DNA of 38,201 nucleotides. It comes from a virus. Its lineage: Duplodnaviria > Caudoviricetes. Made by a program: the position numbers and the translations under genes. A model generated the notes under the pieces. The model saw only the letters and a list, made by a program, of their open reading frames with translations, had not been told where the DNA came from and made no database searches. This document shows, in pieces, positions 24,739 through 34,774 of this stretch. How positions within the stretch are numbered: the stretch's first letter is position 1; each line of letters begins with the position of its first letter. The stretch spans positions 1-38,201 of the IMG/VR virus record IMGVR_UViG_3300020181_000021; one strand, 5' to 3'.

Positions 24739-24983
24739 TGGCTACCGAACCTCCCCAAGAGCCCGCAACTAACCCGTGGGCCGATCTGCGCCAGCTATGC
24801 GTCGATCACGGCTGCACGCCCGTGTTCCGCGCGGAGACCATCGGCACACAGGTTCGCTACTCGCTGGCCGCCAAGAAGCGGGTCGAGGTCGTCTACGACA
24901 TCCGCCTGAACCGCGAATGGAACGACGCTGCCGGCGCGCCTGAGGCGATGCTTGATCAGGCGCTCGCGGGGTGGTGGCAGTGA
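24738..24983 (+). CDS. Hypothetical protein
   Basis: TAATG/TGATG-coupled between terL and the portal gene. Confidence 0.65.
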   Translation: MATEPPQEPATNPWADLRQLCVDHGCTPVFRAETIGTQVRYSLAAKKRVEVVYDIRLNREWNDAAGAPEAMLDQALAGWWQ

Positions 24984-26956
24984 TGGCCAGCCTCCCCATC
25001 ATCCCCGTTGAAGCGGCACCGGACGAGAACAAGCCGACCGGCCCGGATGAGGACGGCGCGCTGTTCACCCGCCTCAAGGGCTGGACACAGGCTGGCATCG
25101 AGCACCTCGCCGAATGGCGCAAGGAAGCCGAAGAGTCTTACGCCTTCTACAGCGGCGAGCAGTGGACGCCTGAAGAACGGGCGGCATTCGAGAGCGACCA
25201 GCGAGTGGCGCCGGTGTTCAACCTGGTGGCGATCAACGTGGACGCGGTGTGCGGGCTTGAGGTCAACAACCGGCTCGACGTGAAGTACCTCCCTCGCACG
25301 CAAGGCGACGTGAAGGTCAACGACCTGCTGTCCTCAGTCGCGATGTGGGTCCGTGATCAGGCGCAGAGCGAGGACGAGGAATCCGACGCTTTCCGCGATG
25401 CCACGATCACCGGCATTGGCGTCACCGAGACGCGAAAGGCCGATCCCGAGACGATCACCGTCGATCGCCGAGACCCCACCGAGTGCTTCTACGACAAGTC
25501 CGCGAAGAAGCCCAACCTCGTGGACCGCAGATATGGCGGGCGCGTCGTGTGGATGGACACCGACGAAGCCGAGGGCATGTTCCCCGGGGTCGAGCCTGTT
25601 GCGCTGAACGCAAAGTGGGCGTTGCTCGGGACCAAGACGAGCGACAAGGACAACACCGAGAAGCTAGACTACCCCGATCACCAGCGCGAGGGTGTCGGCA
25701 TCCCGAACAACCGGCCGAAGAAGGTCTGTCTGGTCGAGATCGAGTGGTACGATTGGGAGGGCGGCCAGAAGGTCTACAAGCAGGCGTTCCTCGGCAACAG
25801 CGGTGTGCTGGAGGTCAACGAGCTCGACAGCTGGGCCTACAACTTCCTGACCGGCAAGCGCGATCAGCGCAAGAACACCTGGTACGGCATCGTGCGGGCG
25901 TTGAAAGACCCGCAGAAGATGATCAATAAGTTCCTCGCGACGTTGACCCATATCCTGGCGACGAACGCGAAAGGTGGGCTTCTCTACGAGCGCGGAGCCT
26001 TCACCGACCAACGGGCCGCTGAGAAGGACTGGTCCAACCCGCAGAAGAACATCGAGGTCGCGGAAGGTGCGCTGGCAAGCGGACGCATCCAGCCTCGCGT
26101 GGCCCCTCCCCTGCCCGCCGGCGCGATCCAGCTCATGGACTTCGCGGTGACCAACATTCGCTCCGTCTCTGGTGTGAATGTGGAGCTGCTGGGCGCCGCC
26201 GATCGCGATCAGCCTGCTAGCTTGGAATTGCAGCGCCGCCAGTCGGCAGTGACCATCCTCGCCAGCCTGTTCGACAGCAAGCGCCGCTACCACAAGGAGC
26301 AGGGCAAGACCTTGCTCGCCCTCATGAAGACGCTGCCGCCCGACATGCTTGTGCGGATCACGGTGGATATGACCGACCCGGCGCAAATCGAGCCGCTGGT
26401 TCGCGCTTCAGCCCCTCCTGGGACGCCACCTGAAGCTATCCAGCAGGCCGTGCTTCAAGCTCAGCAGCAGGCGGCCGAACAACAGGAACGTGAGATGTTC
26501 GTGCAGTTCGCGCTTGTGGCGCAGGCGCTCAACGACCCAACCGTCAAGTACGACGTGATCGTGGACGAAGCCCCGAGCAGCCCGAACCAGCAGCAGGAAG
26601 TGATCGCCAAGCTCCAAATGCTGGCCAGCCAAGGGATGCAGTTCACCCCTGAGATGCAGGCGGTGGTGCTGAAGAACATCGGCCTTCCCTCCACTCTCGC
26701 GGACGAGATGGCGCAGTCGATCAACGGCGGCGGCGAAGGCAATGCCCAAGTCCAGCAGCTCACCCAGCAGCTTCAGCAGGGCGCTCAGATACTCCAGCAG
26801 ACGCAGAGCGAGCTGGAGGGCGTCAAGATGGACAAGACGCTCGAGGCCGAGAAGCTGCGGATCGACGCCTTCAGCGCAGAAACTGAGCGGATGAAGGTCG
26901 AGGGCGAGCTGATCGCACGACGAGAAGCGCCCTTTGCGCAGGCGCTAGGCCAATGA
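24983..26956 (+). CDS. Portal protein (P22-like)
   Basis: FYSGEQW, YGIVRALKDPQKMINK and KYDVIVDEAPSSP motifs; Gln-rich C-terminal barrel; position after terL. Confidence 0.93.
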   Translation: MASLPIIPVEAAPDENKPTGPDEDGALFTRLKGWTQAGIEHLAEWRKEAEESYAFYSGEQWTPEERAAFESDQRVAPVFNLVAINVDAVCGLEVNNRLDVKYLPRTQGDVKVNDLLSSVAMWVRDQAQSEDEESDAFRDATITGIGVTETRKADPETITVDRRDPTECFYDKSAKKPNLVDRRYGGRVVWMDTDEAEGMFPGVEPVALNAKWALLGTKTSDKDNTEKLDYPDHQREGVGIPNNRPKKVCLVEIEWYDWEGGQKVYKQAFLGNSGVLEVNELDSWAYNFLTGKRDQRKNTWYGIVRALKDPQKMINKFLATLTHILATNAKGGLLYERGAFTDQRAAEKDWSNPQKNIEVAEGALASGRIQPRVAPPLPAGAIQLMDFAVTNIRSVSGVNVELLGAADRDQPASLELQRRQSAVTILASLFDSKRRYHKEQGKTLLALMKTLPPDMLVRITVDMTDPAQIEPLVRASAPPGTPPEAIQQAVLQAQQQAAEQQEREMFVQFALVAQALNDPTVKYDVIVDEAPSSPNQQQEVIAKLQMLASQGMQFTPEMQAVVLKNIGLPSTLADEMAQSINGGGEGNAQVQQLTQQLQQGAQILQQTQSELEGVKMDKTLEAEKLRIDAFSAETERMKVEGELIARREAPFAQALGQ

Positions 26957-27228
26957 GCGGCATTACCACCAACGCCAACGGGACCGAGGTGTACACGCTC
27001 GATCTGCCGGTAGGCGTTGGCATCGGCGTCAATGCGGATGGGGCTGAGATTTACCGGCTGAACCTCCCCACCGGCCCCGGCGGCATGATCACCACCGATG
27101 CTGATGGCCGTGAGGTCTATCTGCCTGGGATCGCGGGAGCCGTCACGCCAACCCTCGACAACATCCTGCTCGATGACGACGGCAACTATTTGACCGACGA
27201 CGACGGCAACTACCTGGAGGCCGCATAG
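26953..27228 (+). CDS. Small repeat-containing acidic virion-associated protein
   Basis: Three xxx(N/D)A(N/D)GxE(V/I)Y repeats and tandem DDDGNYL. Confidence 0.7.
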   Translation: MSGITTNANGTEVYTLDLPVGVGIGVNADGAEIYRLNLPTGPGGMITTDADGREVYLPGIAGAVTPTLDNILLDDDGNYLTDDDGNYLEAA

Positions 27229-28562
27229 TGGCGAACACCTTCTTCACGGAAAGCAAGTGGGGCAAGCGGCTTGCAGGAGCGGTAGGTCGTTCGAAGCTCA
27301 CGCTGGCGACCCTTGGCGAGAGTCACGGCACCTATCTCTATGTCGGCGAGGCGATCGGCTATGCGCTCCAGCGCTACTACCCTGCAGACATCATCTACGA
27401 CTATCGCACATACGACCCTGAGGAGCCTGCCGAGGGCGGGCAGAGCTTCGCGGTCGGTGCCACCACAATCGATGAGGACACGCCCGGACAAGAGGGCCTG
27501 CAGTCGCAGGTGACCAACTGGTTCCCGAACCGACCGGCAGACATCTGCATCGTGATGGCGGGGTGGAACGACTGCGAGCTGGCTGACAGCGCTGCGACAA
27601 TTCTCGGCCGCCTAACCGCGGCGATTGACGACTTGTTCGCGCAGGGAGCGCTGCATGTCATTGTCGGCGGAATCGGCCCAAGCGGAGGTGCGGCGGGAGC
27701 TGGCGGGACGATCAAGCGCGAGTTGCTGAACATCCTGATCCGGGACTACTGCCGGGCAACCCCGTACGTCCACTTCTGGGATGTGTATTCGGTCCTCGGT
27801 GGGGGCAATGACTCGAGCAACCCGCGGCTCTTTGCGACCCCGACGAACAGGTGGCTGACCAGTGACAACACGCACTGGAGCGCGCTCGGTGGACGGGAAA
27901 TGGCCCCATCGCTCGCGGCTATTTTCCAGAATATCGGCTTGCCGCTGCGCAGTCCGCGCCGGCTTGCGCCGCTTGGCGCCTATGATCCGGTCAACCGTCC
28001 TTACACGAACATGCTCGGCGATCTCGGTGCGATGCTCGGGACTTCGGGCATCGGCCCGGGTGGCGGCTTTGACGGGACGACAGCCGGCACCGGCGCAACC
28101 TCGCGATTGGAGGTAACCGACACCGGCGGGCTGACGGCCGCAACCTCGATCATCACCGACGCCAAGGGCATCCGCAAGCAGCGCTTCACGATGAGCGGCT
28201 CGGGCGACGGCAATCTCCTGCAGGTGACCTTCCGCAACGGGATCAGTGCGGCGGATGGCGGCGTGGCGGGCCGCTTCATGGAACTCGAAATGTCCGTGGA
28301 CTTGACGGCTATGGTCGGGCTGACGGCGCTCTACGTCAGTGCGAACGGCCACAACTCACCGACGCGGATCAGTCAGAACAGCAATGATGCGGAGCTGCAC
28401 GGGGCGCGAACTGAAACGTTGCTGCTGCGGACGACTTACCCCATCCCCGTCCCGGCCGGCTCGCTCGATTATGGCATTAGTCTGACGGCAGCGTTTGGCG
28501 GTGCATCCCCGAGCGGAACCCTCGACGTCTACAACGCGACAGCAGCGCTGGTCGAAGAATGA
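27228..28562 (+). CDS. SGNH/GDSL hydrolase-domain virion protein
   Basis: LGES (block I), MAGWND (block III), DNTHW (block V); beta-rich C-terminal domain. Confidence 0.78.
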   Translation: MANTFFTESKWGKRLAGAVGRSKLTLATLGESHGTYLYVGEAIGYALQRYYPADIIYDYRTYDPEEPAEGGQSFAVGATTIDEDTPGQEGLQSQVTNWFPNRPADICIVMAGWNDCELADSAATILGRLTAAIDDLFAQGALHVIVGGIGPSGGAAGAGGTIKRELLNILIRDYCRATPYVHFWDVYSVLGGGNDSSNPRLFATPTNRWLTSDNTHWSALGGREMAPSLAAIFQNIGLPLRSPRRLAPLGAYDPVNRPYTNMLGDLGAMLGTSGIGPGGGFDGTTAGTGATSRLEVTDTGGLTAATSIITDAKGIRKQRFTMSGSGDGNLLQVTFRNGISAADGGVAGRFMELEMSVDLTAMVGLTALYVSANGHNSPTRISQNSNDAELHGARTETLLLRTTYPIPVPAGSLDYGISLTAAFGGASPSGTLDVYNATAALVEE

Positions 28563-28858
28563 CCTTCACGCGCTCCGACATCCAGCACGTCTCCGACATG
28601 CGCCTGATCGCGCTGTCGCTGATGACGCTGTGGCGGGGCGATCCCGATCGCGTTCCGGGTGTAATCGCGATGCGCAAGACAGTGGACTTGTGCGACCCGC
28701 TGATCCGCAGCGGCCCACCTGAGTTTCAGCATGTGCTGGCCGAGACGACGCCGCGCGAGATCATCGAACGGGAGCTGCGGCAAGCCGTATTCGGACGCAG
28801 CCCACCCAAGAAAAATCCAAGCTCTGAACCAGGAGAACACCAATGGCCGATGATCTAG
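28559..28858 (+). CDS. Hypothetical protein
   Basis: Coupled ORF. Confidence 0.55.
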   Translation: MTFTRSDIQHVSDMRLIALSLMTLWRGDPDRVPGVIAMRKTVDLCDPLIRSGPPEFQHVLAETTPREIIERELRQAVFGRSPPKKNPSSEPGEHQWPMI

Positions 28859-29694
28859 CACTTCCGATGGACAAGGTGGATGAAGCTCCACCGCCCCAGC
28901 AGGAAACCGAACAGCAGCAGCAGGACCGCGCCCGCGACGAAGCCGGTCGCTTCGCCAAGACCGACGCCGAGCAGCAGCAGCCGCAGCCGCGCGGCAAGCC
29001 CGACGAAGCCGCTGCGCGCCGTCGTGAAGCGCAGGAGCGCGACGAAGCACGGCGCGAGGCCGCCGATGTGAAGGCCAAGTACGACGCGCTCCAGAAGCGA
29101 CTGGATGACATGGCATCGCTCGCGCGCGGCGAGACGCCGGAAGATGAGAAGCCAGACCCGATCGCGAAGCTGACGGAGAAGGTCGAAGGCATCGGTCAGC
29201 AGCTCACCGCCCGCCAGGAGCAAGAGCGGGACGCCGCCGCCATGCAACAGGTTCGCGCCTTCGCCGACCAGGACGAAGCGCGGTTCACGGAGAAGACGCC
29301 TGACTTCCCCAACGCTGTGCAGCACTACATCGGCTCGCGTATCGGCGAGATGCAAGCGCTGGGCCTTCCCGATGAGCAGATCGCTGGCGTGTTGCAGCAG
29401 GAGGCCTCCACGCTGCTGATCCAGTGCGCTCAGCACAACCGCTCGCCCTCAGAGGCCATCTACGCGATGGCGAAGGCTCGCGGGTACTCGGGTGGCGGGA
29501 TGATGCTGCAACAGTCTCAGGCGCGGCCCCAAGCCAACGCAGGCGGCCGTTCGTTCGGCACCGGCGGCGGTGCGGCTGCAACTGGCGGGATGACAGCTGC
29601 TCAGATCGCTGCGCTGCCCGAAGAGGACTACATGGCCTTTCGTGCCACCCCTGAAGGACGCCGGGCTATTGCTCGTGCGCAGGGTGCAGCGTGA
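28843..29694 (+). CDS. Capsid scaffolding protein
   Basis: RDEAGRFAK motif, charged coiled coil, upstream of the MCP. Confidence 0.8.
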   Translation: MADDLALPMDKVDEAPPPQQETEQQQQDRARDEAGRFAKTDAEQQQPQPRGKPDEAAARRREAQERDEARREAADVKAKYDALQKRLDDMASLARGETPEDEKPDPIAKLTEKVEGIGQQLTARQEQERDAAAMQQVRAFADQDEARFTEKTPDFPNAVQHYIGSRIGEMQALGLPDEQIAGVLQQEASTLLIQCAQHNRSPSEAIYAMAKARGYSGGGMMLQQSQARPQANAGGRSFGTGGGAAATGGMTAAQIAALPEEDYMAFRATPEGRRAIARAQGAA

Positions 29695-29900
29695 TGGATA
29701 AGGACGCGAAGATCGCTCAGCTGGAGGCGCTCCAGAAGAAGGCAGAGGACATTCTGCGCCTTTTCGACCTTAAGTGGGAAGCACTTGGCCTCGCAGCGAA
29801 CTTGGGCGAACCCCCTGAGGAGGTCGTCCGTCGCGCTGACATATACTTCCAGTTTCTAATCCGCCCCGAGGAACTTGCAACGGCGGCCGAAACAAGCTAG
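29694..29900 (+). CDS. Hypothetical protein
   Basis: TGATG-coupled to the scaffold gene. Confidence 0.6.
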   Translation: MDKDAKIAQLEALQKKAEDILRLFDLKWEALGLAANLGEPPEEVVRRADIYFQFLIRPEELATAAETS

Positions 29901-29903
29901 CGT
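29875..29903 (+). promoter_or_regulatory. Putative late promoter 2 (capsid)
   Basis: TTGCAA-N17-TAGCGT; contains CCGAAACAAGCTAGC, shared with 2113-2141. Confidence 0.7.
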
Positions 29904-29933
29904 TCATCTCGCGAACGCATCCGTGCGCTCGCC

Positions 29934-30039
29934 CCGCAAGCTCCAAGCGCAAGAGAGCAGGCCCGGCGCACCTCACGCGCCCTCGGACACTCCCGCCGGA
30001 TGGGAGTTCGCCTCAGCCAAGCGAAGCGGCTGATCGAAC
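29934..30039 (+). ncRNA. Putative structured 5' leader, copy 2
   Basis: CCGCAA-GCTC-CAAGCGCAAGA-GAGC ... ACTCCC..GGGAGT-TCGC ... TCAGCC-AAGCGAAGC-GGCTGA-TCGAAC. Confidence 0.6.
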
Positions 30040-30063
30040 TCAACCCATCCACGGGAGCCGATC

Positions 30064-31152
30064 ATGGCCTACACCGAATATCCCACGGGACACGCGCTCT
30101 CCCCGACCATCTGGGAGCGCGAGCTTTACGCCGAAGCCATCCAGCAGACCTACGTCTGGAGCTTCATGGGCAACAGCAACAACTCGCTGCTGGTGCGCAA
30201 GGACGACTTCTCCACCAAGGCCGGCGACACGATCATCATGGGCCTTCGCGCTCAGCTGACCGGGCGCGGCACCACTGGTGACGACACGCTCCACGGCAAC
30301 GAAGAGGCGCTGGTCACCCAGACCGACAGCTTCAAGATCAACCAGCTTCGCCACGCGGTCATTTCCAAGGGCCGCATGTCCGAGCAGCGCGTGCAGTTCA
30401 ACATGCGCACGGAAGCGAAGGAAGGGCTCGCCGACTGGTTCGCCACCCGCTTCGACACCTGGTTCTTCAACCAGATCGGCGGCGCAACCTACCAGACCGA
30501 CGTTGCCTACACCGGCTTCAATGCCGTCGCGGCTCCGGATGCCAACCACATCCTGCGTCCGAACGCGAAGTCGGCCGACGAATCCCTGACCACGGGCGAT
30601 GAACTGACCCTCGTTCAGCTCGACCGCCTGGCGGCTCGTCTGCGGCAGGGCACGTTCGCCTCTACCGGCGTCATGCCGATCCGTCCCATCCGGATCAGGG
30701 GCGGCAATTACTACGTCCTGTTCGTCCATCCCAACCAGGTCCAGCAGCTCCGCTCGCAGACCTCCACGGGCCAGTGGGCAGACATCCAGCGCGCTCAGAT
30801 CCAGGGGGGCAACAACGATGTCCCGCTGATCACCGGGGGCGATTACGTCGGCACCTACAACGGCATCATCATCCACCAGTCGGAGAAGGTGCCTTACGGC
30901 GTCAACTCGACCACGGGGCTGGCCGTTACCAACGCTCGCCGTGCGATCCTCTGCGGCGCGCAGGCCGCCATGTTCGGCATCGGCGGCGACACTCCCGACG
31001 ACACCCGCAAGTTCAAGTGGATCGAAGAGCGCTTCGACTACGAGAACCAGCTCGGCGTCTCGGGCTACACCATCGCCGGGCTGAAGGCTTCGCGGTTTGC
31101 TTCGGCGAACTTCGGCACCTTCATCCTCCCCACCTACGCACCGCTGGCCTGA
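30064..31152 (+). CDS. Major capsid protein (N4-gp56/DUF4043-like)
   Basis: AGDTI, L.GNEEAL, INQLRHAV, G.YNGIII, RAILCGAQA and EE.FDY.N motifs; 362 aa. Confidence 0.93.
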   Translation: MAYTEYPTGHALSPTIWERELYAEAIQQTYVWSFMGNSNNSLLVRKDDFSTKAGDTIIMGLRAQLTGRGTTGDDTLHGNEEALVTQTDSFKINQLRHAVISKGRMSEQRVQFNMRTEAKEGLADWFATRFDTWFFNQIGGATYQTDVAYTGFNAVAAPDANHILRPNAKSADESLTTGDELTLVQLDRLAARLRQGTFASTGVMPIRPIRIRGGNYYVLFVHPNQVQQLRSQTSTGQWADIQRAQIQGGNNDVPLITGGDYVGTYNGIIIHQSEKVPYGVNSTTGLAVTNARRAILCGAQAAMFGIGGDTPDDTRKFKWIEERFDYENQLGVSGYTIAGLKASRFASANFGTFILPTYAPLA

Positions 31153-31164
31153 GGAGACTGAGCC

Positions 31165-31569
31165 ATGGGCAATGCACGTCAATATGAGCTCCAGGCGACG
31201 CACTACCTGCGCCGCACGGTCAACTACAACGACGCGGGCGTGGCGGCCGGGCTCCTGATCGGCACTGTGCCGGCAGGGGCCAAGCTGTCCAACGTCAAGG
31301 TCTGGGTGGATACGGCATTCAACGCCGCGACCACCAACGTCCTTGTCGCGGGCACGACCGGCACTGGGACCAACCTCGTGGCGGCCTCGGATGTCACTGA
31401 GGGCACCATCGGGGTCTACACGCCGGCCAACGCCGCCAACCAGGGCCTTGGCCTCGTGTTCGCGGCCGATACCGACCTGTTCGTCAGCTACACCCAGAGC
31501 GGCACCGCCGCGACTGCGGGCGTGGCGACGATCGTGGTCGAATACGTCCCCATCGGCAACGGAGGCTGA
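31165..31569 (+). CDS. Capsid decoration/cement protein
   Basis: Beta-rich, IGTVPAGA, TAFNAATTN, ATAG...VVEY; follows the MCP. Confidence 0.75.
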   Translation: MGNARQYELQATHYLRRTVNYNDAGVAAGLLIGTVPAGAKLSNVKVWVDTAFNAATTNVLVAGTTGTGTNLVAASDVTEGTIGVYTPANAANQGLGLVFAADTDLFVSYTQSGTAATAGVATIVVEYVPIGNGG

Positions 31570-31570
31570 C

Positions 31571-32119
31571 ATGGCGAAGGTTGAGTTCGTAACCACCCCG
31601 AAGGCTGCCTACGAATGGGCGGAAGTGACTGGCGGCGGCTCGATGTCCGACGCTCAGCGCGCCGCCCTGCTCGATGAGTTCATCGAAGAGCATGGCCTTG
31701 TCCCGGTCGAAGCCGCTTTTCGCGGTGAGACGCCGATCCACAAGTACGGGCGCTACAAGGCGGCTTTCGCCGTCGCTTCGGCGCTGCCGACTGCCCTGCC
31801 CAATCGCGAAAGCGATTTGAACAAGGCGAATGAGGAGCGGGACGCGCTTCGGGCAGAGAACGCCCGCCTCCTGGCGCAACTCGGCAAGGCGAAGGGAGCC
31901 AAGATGGCGGATGACGACGATGCGATCGACAACCAGCGCGGCGACAGCAGCGGCGGTCCCCAGACCACCGACGATGCCCGCGCTGCTCTGTCCGAGAGCC
32001 TGCCGGGCGATCAGACGGTCGGCACCTCCAGCGACCCCCGCCGGAACGTCGCCGACAACGACAAGTCGGACGACAACCCGCCCGCGAAGGCGAAGCCCGG
32101 CCCCAAGCCGAAGGCGTGA
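31571..32119 (+). CDS. Hypothetical virion-assembly protein
   Basis: ATG 31571 with GGAGG; coiled coil with a low-complexity tail. Confidence 0.7.
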   Translation: MAKVEFVTTPKAAYEWAEVTGGGSMSDAQRAALLDEFIEEHGLVPVEAAFRGETPIHKYGRYKAAFAVASALPTALPNRESDLNKANEERDALRAENARLLAQLGKAKGAKMADDDDAIDNQRGDSSGGPQTTDDARAALSESLPGDQTVGTSSDPRRNVADNDKSDDNPPAKAKPGPKPKA

Positions 32120-32122
32120 GGC

Positions 32123-32746
32123 GTGACGTTCGGGGCCATCAAGACCCGCATTGCGGATGAATTGGTGCGCCCCGATCTCGCGTCTCAAATCGCCCTGGCG
32201 GTGAATGACGCGATCAAGGAGGCCGCGAGCTATCGTTTCTGGTTCAACGAGGTCCGCGGCCTCACCTTTCCCCTCGTCCAGGGGCAAAGCTTCTACGACA
32301 GCACTACCCTCGCCAGCATCCCGTGGCTCGGCAAGATCGACGCACTGTGGATCACCGTCAACGGGCAGCGACGCAACCTGACGCTCGCTAGCGCCCTCAC
32401 CATCGACAGCTGGAACGAAGGCTCAGCCATGACCGGTGAGCCGGCCTATTACGCCCGACAGGCGAACGGGCTCGTGTTCTACATGCCGCCGAACGCGGCC
32501 TACACGGTGACGATCGACGGCACGACGCGGTTTGCCGAGCTCGTCAACGACAGCGATGACAACGCCTATCTCACCGAAGGCGAGAAGTACGTCCGCGCGC
32601 TGGCGAAAGCACAGGTGCTCGAGGATGTGATCCGCGACTTTGACGAAGCTGATCGCCAGTGGGCTATGGCATCTCGTCAGCGGGCCATTCTTAGCGCAGA
32701 GAGCGGGGGCAGGACCGCCACGAACCGCAACGAGGCATTCCTGTGA
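32123..32746 (+). CDS. Head-tail adaptor (tail tubular A-like)
   Basis: MTFGAIKTRIADEL.RPDL, GEPAYY; size and position. Confidence 0.78.
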   Translation: MTFGAIKTRIADELVRPDLASQIALAVNDAIKEAASYRFWFNEVRGLTFPLVQGQSFYDSTTLASIPWLGKIDALWITVNGQRRNLTLASALTIDSWNEGSAMTGEPAYYARQANGLVFYMPPNAAYTVTIDGTTRFAELVNDSDDNAYLTEGEKYVRALAKAQVLEDVIRDFDEADRQWAMASRQRAILSAESGGRTATNRNEAFL

Positions 32747-34218
32747 CCCGCCCTGTCCCGATCACCTTCGGTGCGTGGGAGCCCGATAAGGCGACGTTCC
32801 AGTCAGATGCTTTGGTGGACGCGCTGAACGTGCTTCCCGTCGCAGGTGGGTATGGCCCGATGTCGGGGTTCTCGCTGGTTGACGGCGCCAGTCTGGCCAC
32901 CCCCATCACTGGGGCAACGGTGCTCTCGGATTACACCGCCAGCACCAGCATCTACGCTGGTTCGGATGACGACGTTCACCTCAGCCTCAACGGCGCGGCC
33001 TTCGTCTCCGTCTACTCGCATGGCTCCGCCCTCGATCCGCTTAACCGCTGGAGATACGCCCGCTTCGTCGGCAAGGTCATTGCGGTTCATCCCGAGGTCG
33101 CGCCGATCGCCGATGACTTGGGCTCCACGACCGGGATGACGGGTTTGGGAGGCACGCCGCCTGCCGCTAACGCAATCGGAGTGGTCAGTAACTTCCTCGT
33201 CCTGGGCAATCTGGACGATGGCATTGACGGCCTTCGACCTAACCGTATTCGCTGGTCGGGCTTCAATGACCCGGATGCATGGGGCACGGACCCCGGCACA
33301 CAAGCCGACTTCAACGACATGCCCGACGAAGGCGGCGCGGTCCAAGCGATCATCGGACGCGAGTTCGGAACCGTCTTTCAGCGCTACTCGGTCAGCCGGA
33401 TGGAGTATGTCGGGCCGCCCACCGTGTTTGCGTTCGGAGTGGTGGAGAAGAAGCGCGGCGCAATCGCTCCTGGCGCGGTGATCGATGCGGGCCTGGTCGC
33501 GTTCTACATCGCGGACGATGGCTTCTTCCTGTGGGATGGGACCAGCTCGACCCCGATCGGTGCGGGGCGCGTGGACGAATATTTCCGCCGCCGCCTTTAC
33601 CCGGGCTCTGCGGATATGATCGTGGGCGCGTTCGATCCGCTCTCTTCCTCAGTGATGTGGGCTTACCCGACCGACAGCTCGGGCACGTTGAGCGAGGCGC
33701 TGATCTACTCGTTCACCGAGAACCGCTGGACCCGTTCCGATCTCCGCTCCTCCTGGCTGATGTCAGGCTTCGACGTGGGGCAGACCCTGGAGGACATGGA
33801 CGCCTATGGCTCGCTCGAGGCGATCCCCTTCAGCTTCGATGACCCCTCTCTGTTGGGCGGCAATCAGACCGTCGTCGGCTTCGATGAAGATGGTAACTAC
33901 GGCAGCCTGAACGGGGCCACCCTCCCGGGTGTTCTGGAAACGGGGGACTGGCAGGCGGCACCCGGGATGCGGGCCTTCGTCAATGCGGTGCGCCCCATTG
34001 TCGATGCCAACACGGTGACGTGTGCTGTCGGCGTTCGCCAGCAGTCCATGGCCGACCCAATCGTCTACAGCAGCGAGAGTTCGCGGGCGATCGACGGGCG
34101 CTGCCCCCTTCGCGCTTCCGGTCGATTGATGCGCATTCGCCAGACCATCGCGGGAACGCAGTCATGGACCCGCGCCACGGGCGTTGAGGCCTCTGTGGCG
34201 GCGGAGGGGCGGCGATGA
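32743..34218 (+). CDS. Tail nozzle/stabilization protein (tail tubular B or P22 gp10-like)
   Basis: 491 aa, beta-propeller-like (RIRWS...P..W); follows the adaptor. Confidence 0.8.
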   Translation: MTRPVPITFGAWEPDKATFQSDALVDALNVLPVAGGYGPMSGFSLVDGASLATPITGATVLSDYTASTSIYAGSDDDVHLSLNGAAFVSVYSHGSALDPLNRWRYARFVGKVIAVHPEVAPIADDLGSTTGMTGLGGTPPAANAIGVVSNFLVLGNLDDGIDGLRPNRIRWSGFNDPDAWGTDPGTQADFNDMPDEGGAVQAIIGREFGTVFQRYSVSRMEYVGPPTVFAFGVVEKKRGAIAPGAVIDAGLVAFYIADDGFFLWDGTSSTPIGAGRVDEYFRRRLYPGSADMIVGAFDPLSSSVMWAYPTDSSGTLSEALIYSFTENRWTRSDLRSSWLMSGFDVGQTLEDMDAYGSLEAIPFSFDDPSLLGGNQTVVGFDEDGNYGSLNGATLPGVLETGDWQAAPGMRAFVNAVRPIVDANTVTCAVGVRQQSMADPIVYSSESSRAIDGRCPLRASGRLMRIRQTIAGTQSWTRATGVEASVAAEGRR

Positions 34219-34358
34219 AGCAGCTCCCGTATCTCAAGAAGAATGAGGACCCAGTTCAATGGGCCTCACGGCTCGTAACTGCCTTGAACGCTCGCGACGC
34301 CGAGATTGAGAGGCGCCTGGCCGATGCGGAAGCGCGTCTGACGGCGGGCGGGCTATGA
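34215..34358 (+). CDS. Small coiled-coil tail protein (47 aa)
   Basis: MKQLPYLKKNEDPVQWASRLVTALNARDAEIERRLADAEARLTAGGL; ATGA-coupled at both ends. Confidence 0.6.
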   Translation: MKQLPYLKKNEDPVQWASRLVTALNARDAEIERRLADAEARLTAGGL

Positions 34359-34774
34359 GCGGGATGGACACCCCCGGCGTCACCTTCGGCTGCGTCCGAC
34401 CGCCGCTGGGCGTTGCGGAGGGTCCGGTGCGCGAACTCCTTGCACGCTCGGTGGCACGCGATCCGGACGAAAGCCTGCCCGCTCTCATGAACGAGATTGA
34501 GCGCGGGGATGTGCAGCTATGGGTCGCGCATGACGGCCCTGAACTGTTGGCCGCTTGCATCACTCAGGTCCTCAAGACCGCTTCCGGCAGGCAATGCTTC
34601 ATTCGCCACTGCGCCGGAAAAGCGATGACGGATGGCATCCGCTTTCTCCCGATCATCGAGGAGTGGGCCAAGTCGGAGCGCTGCAAGTCGATGAAGCTAG
34701 TGGGGCGCAGTGGGTGGGCGCGAGCCCTTCCCGGCTTCAGGCAGGTTGCCGTCGTCCTCGGGAAGGACCTGTAA
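34355..34774 (+). CDS. GNAT-like virion assembly protein
   Basis: G.VQLW, IEEWAK..C..M.LVGRSGWAR.L motifs; located between tail and ejection genes. Confidence 0.75.
   Translation: MSGMDTPGVTFGCVRPPLGVAEGPVRELLARSVARDPDESLPALMNEIERGDVQLWVAHDGPELLAACITQVLKTASGRQCFIRHCAGKAMTDGIRFLPIIEEWAKSERCKSMKLVGRSGWARALPGFRQVAVVLGKDL

Noticed and set aside
31150-31167. Stop read-through fusing the MCP to the in-frame decoration gene
   Set aside because: Two in-frame TGA stops intervene and the downstream gene has its own GAGGAG SD.
30040-31596. 518-aa minus-strand ORF, and similar long antisense ORFs 17917..19137 and 23071..24087
   Set aside because: These are shadows of well-supported plus-strand genes in high-GC DNA and have no motifs.
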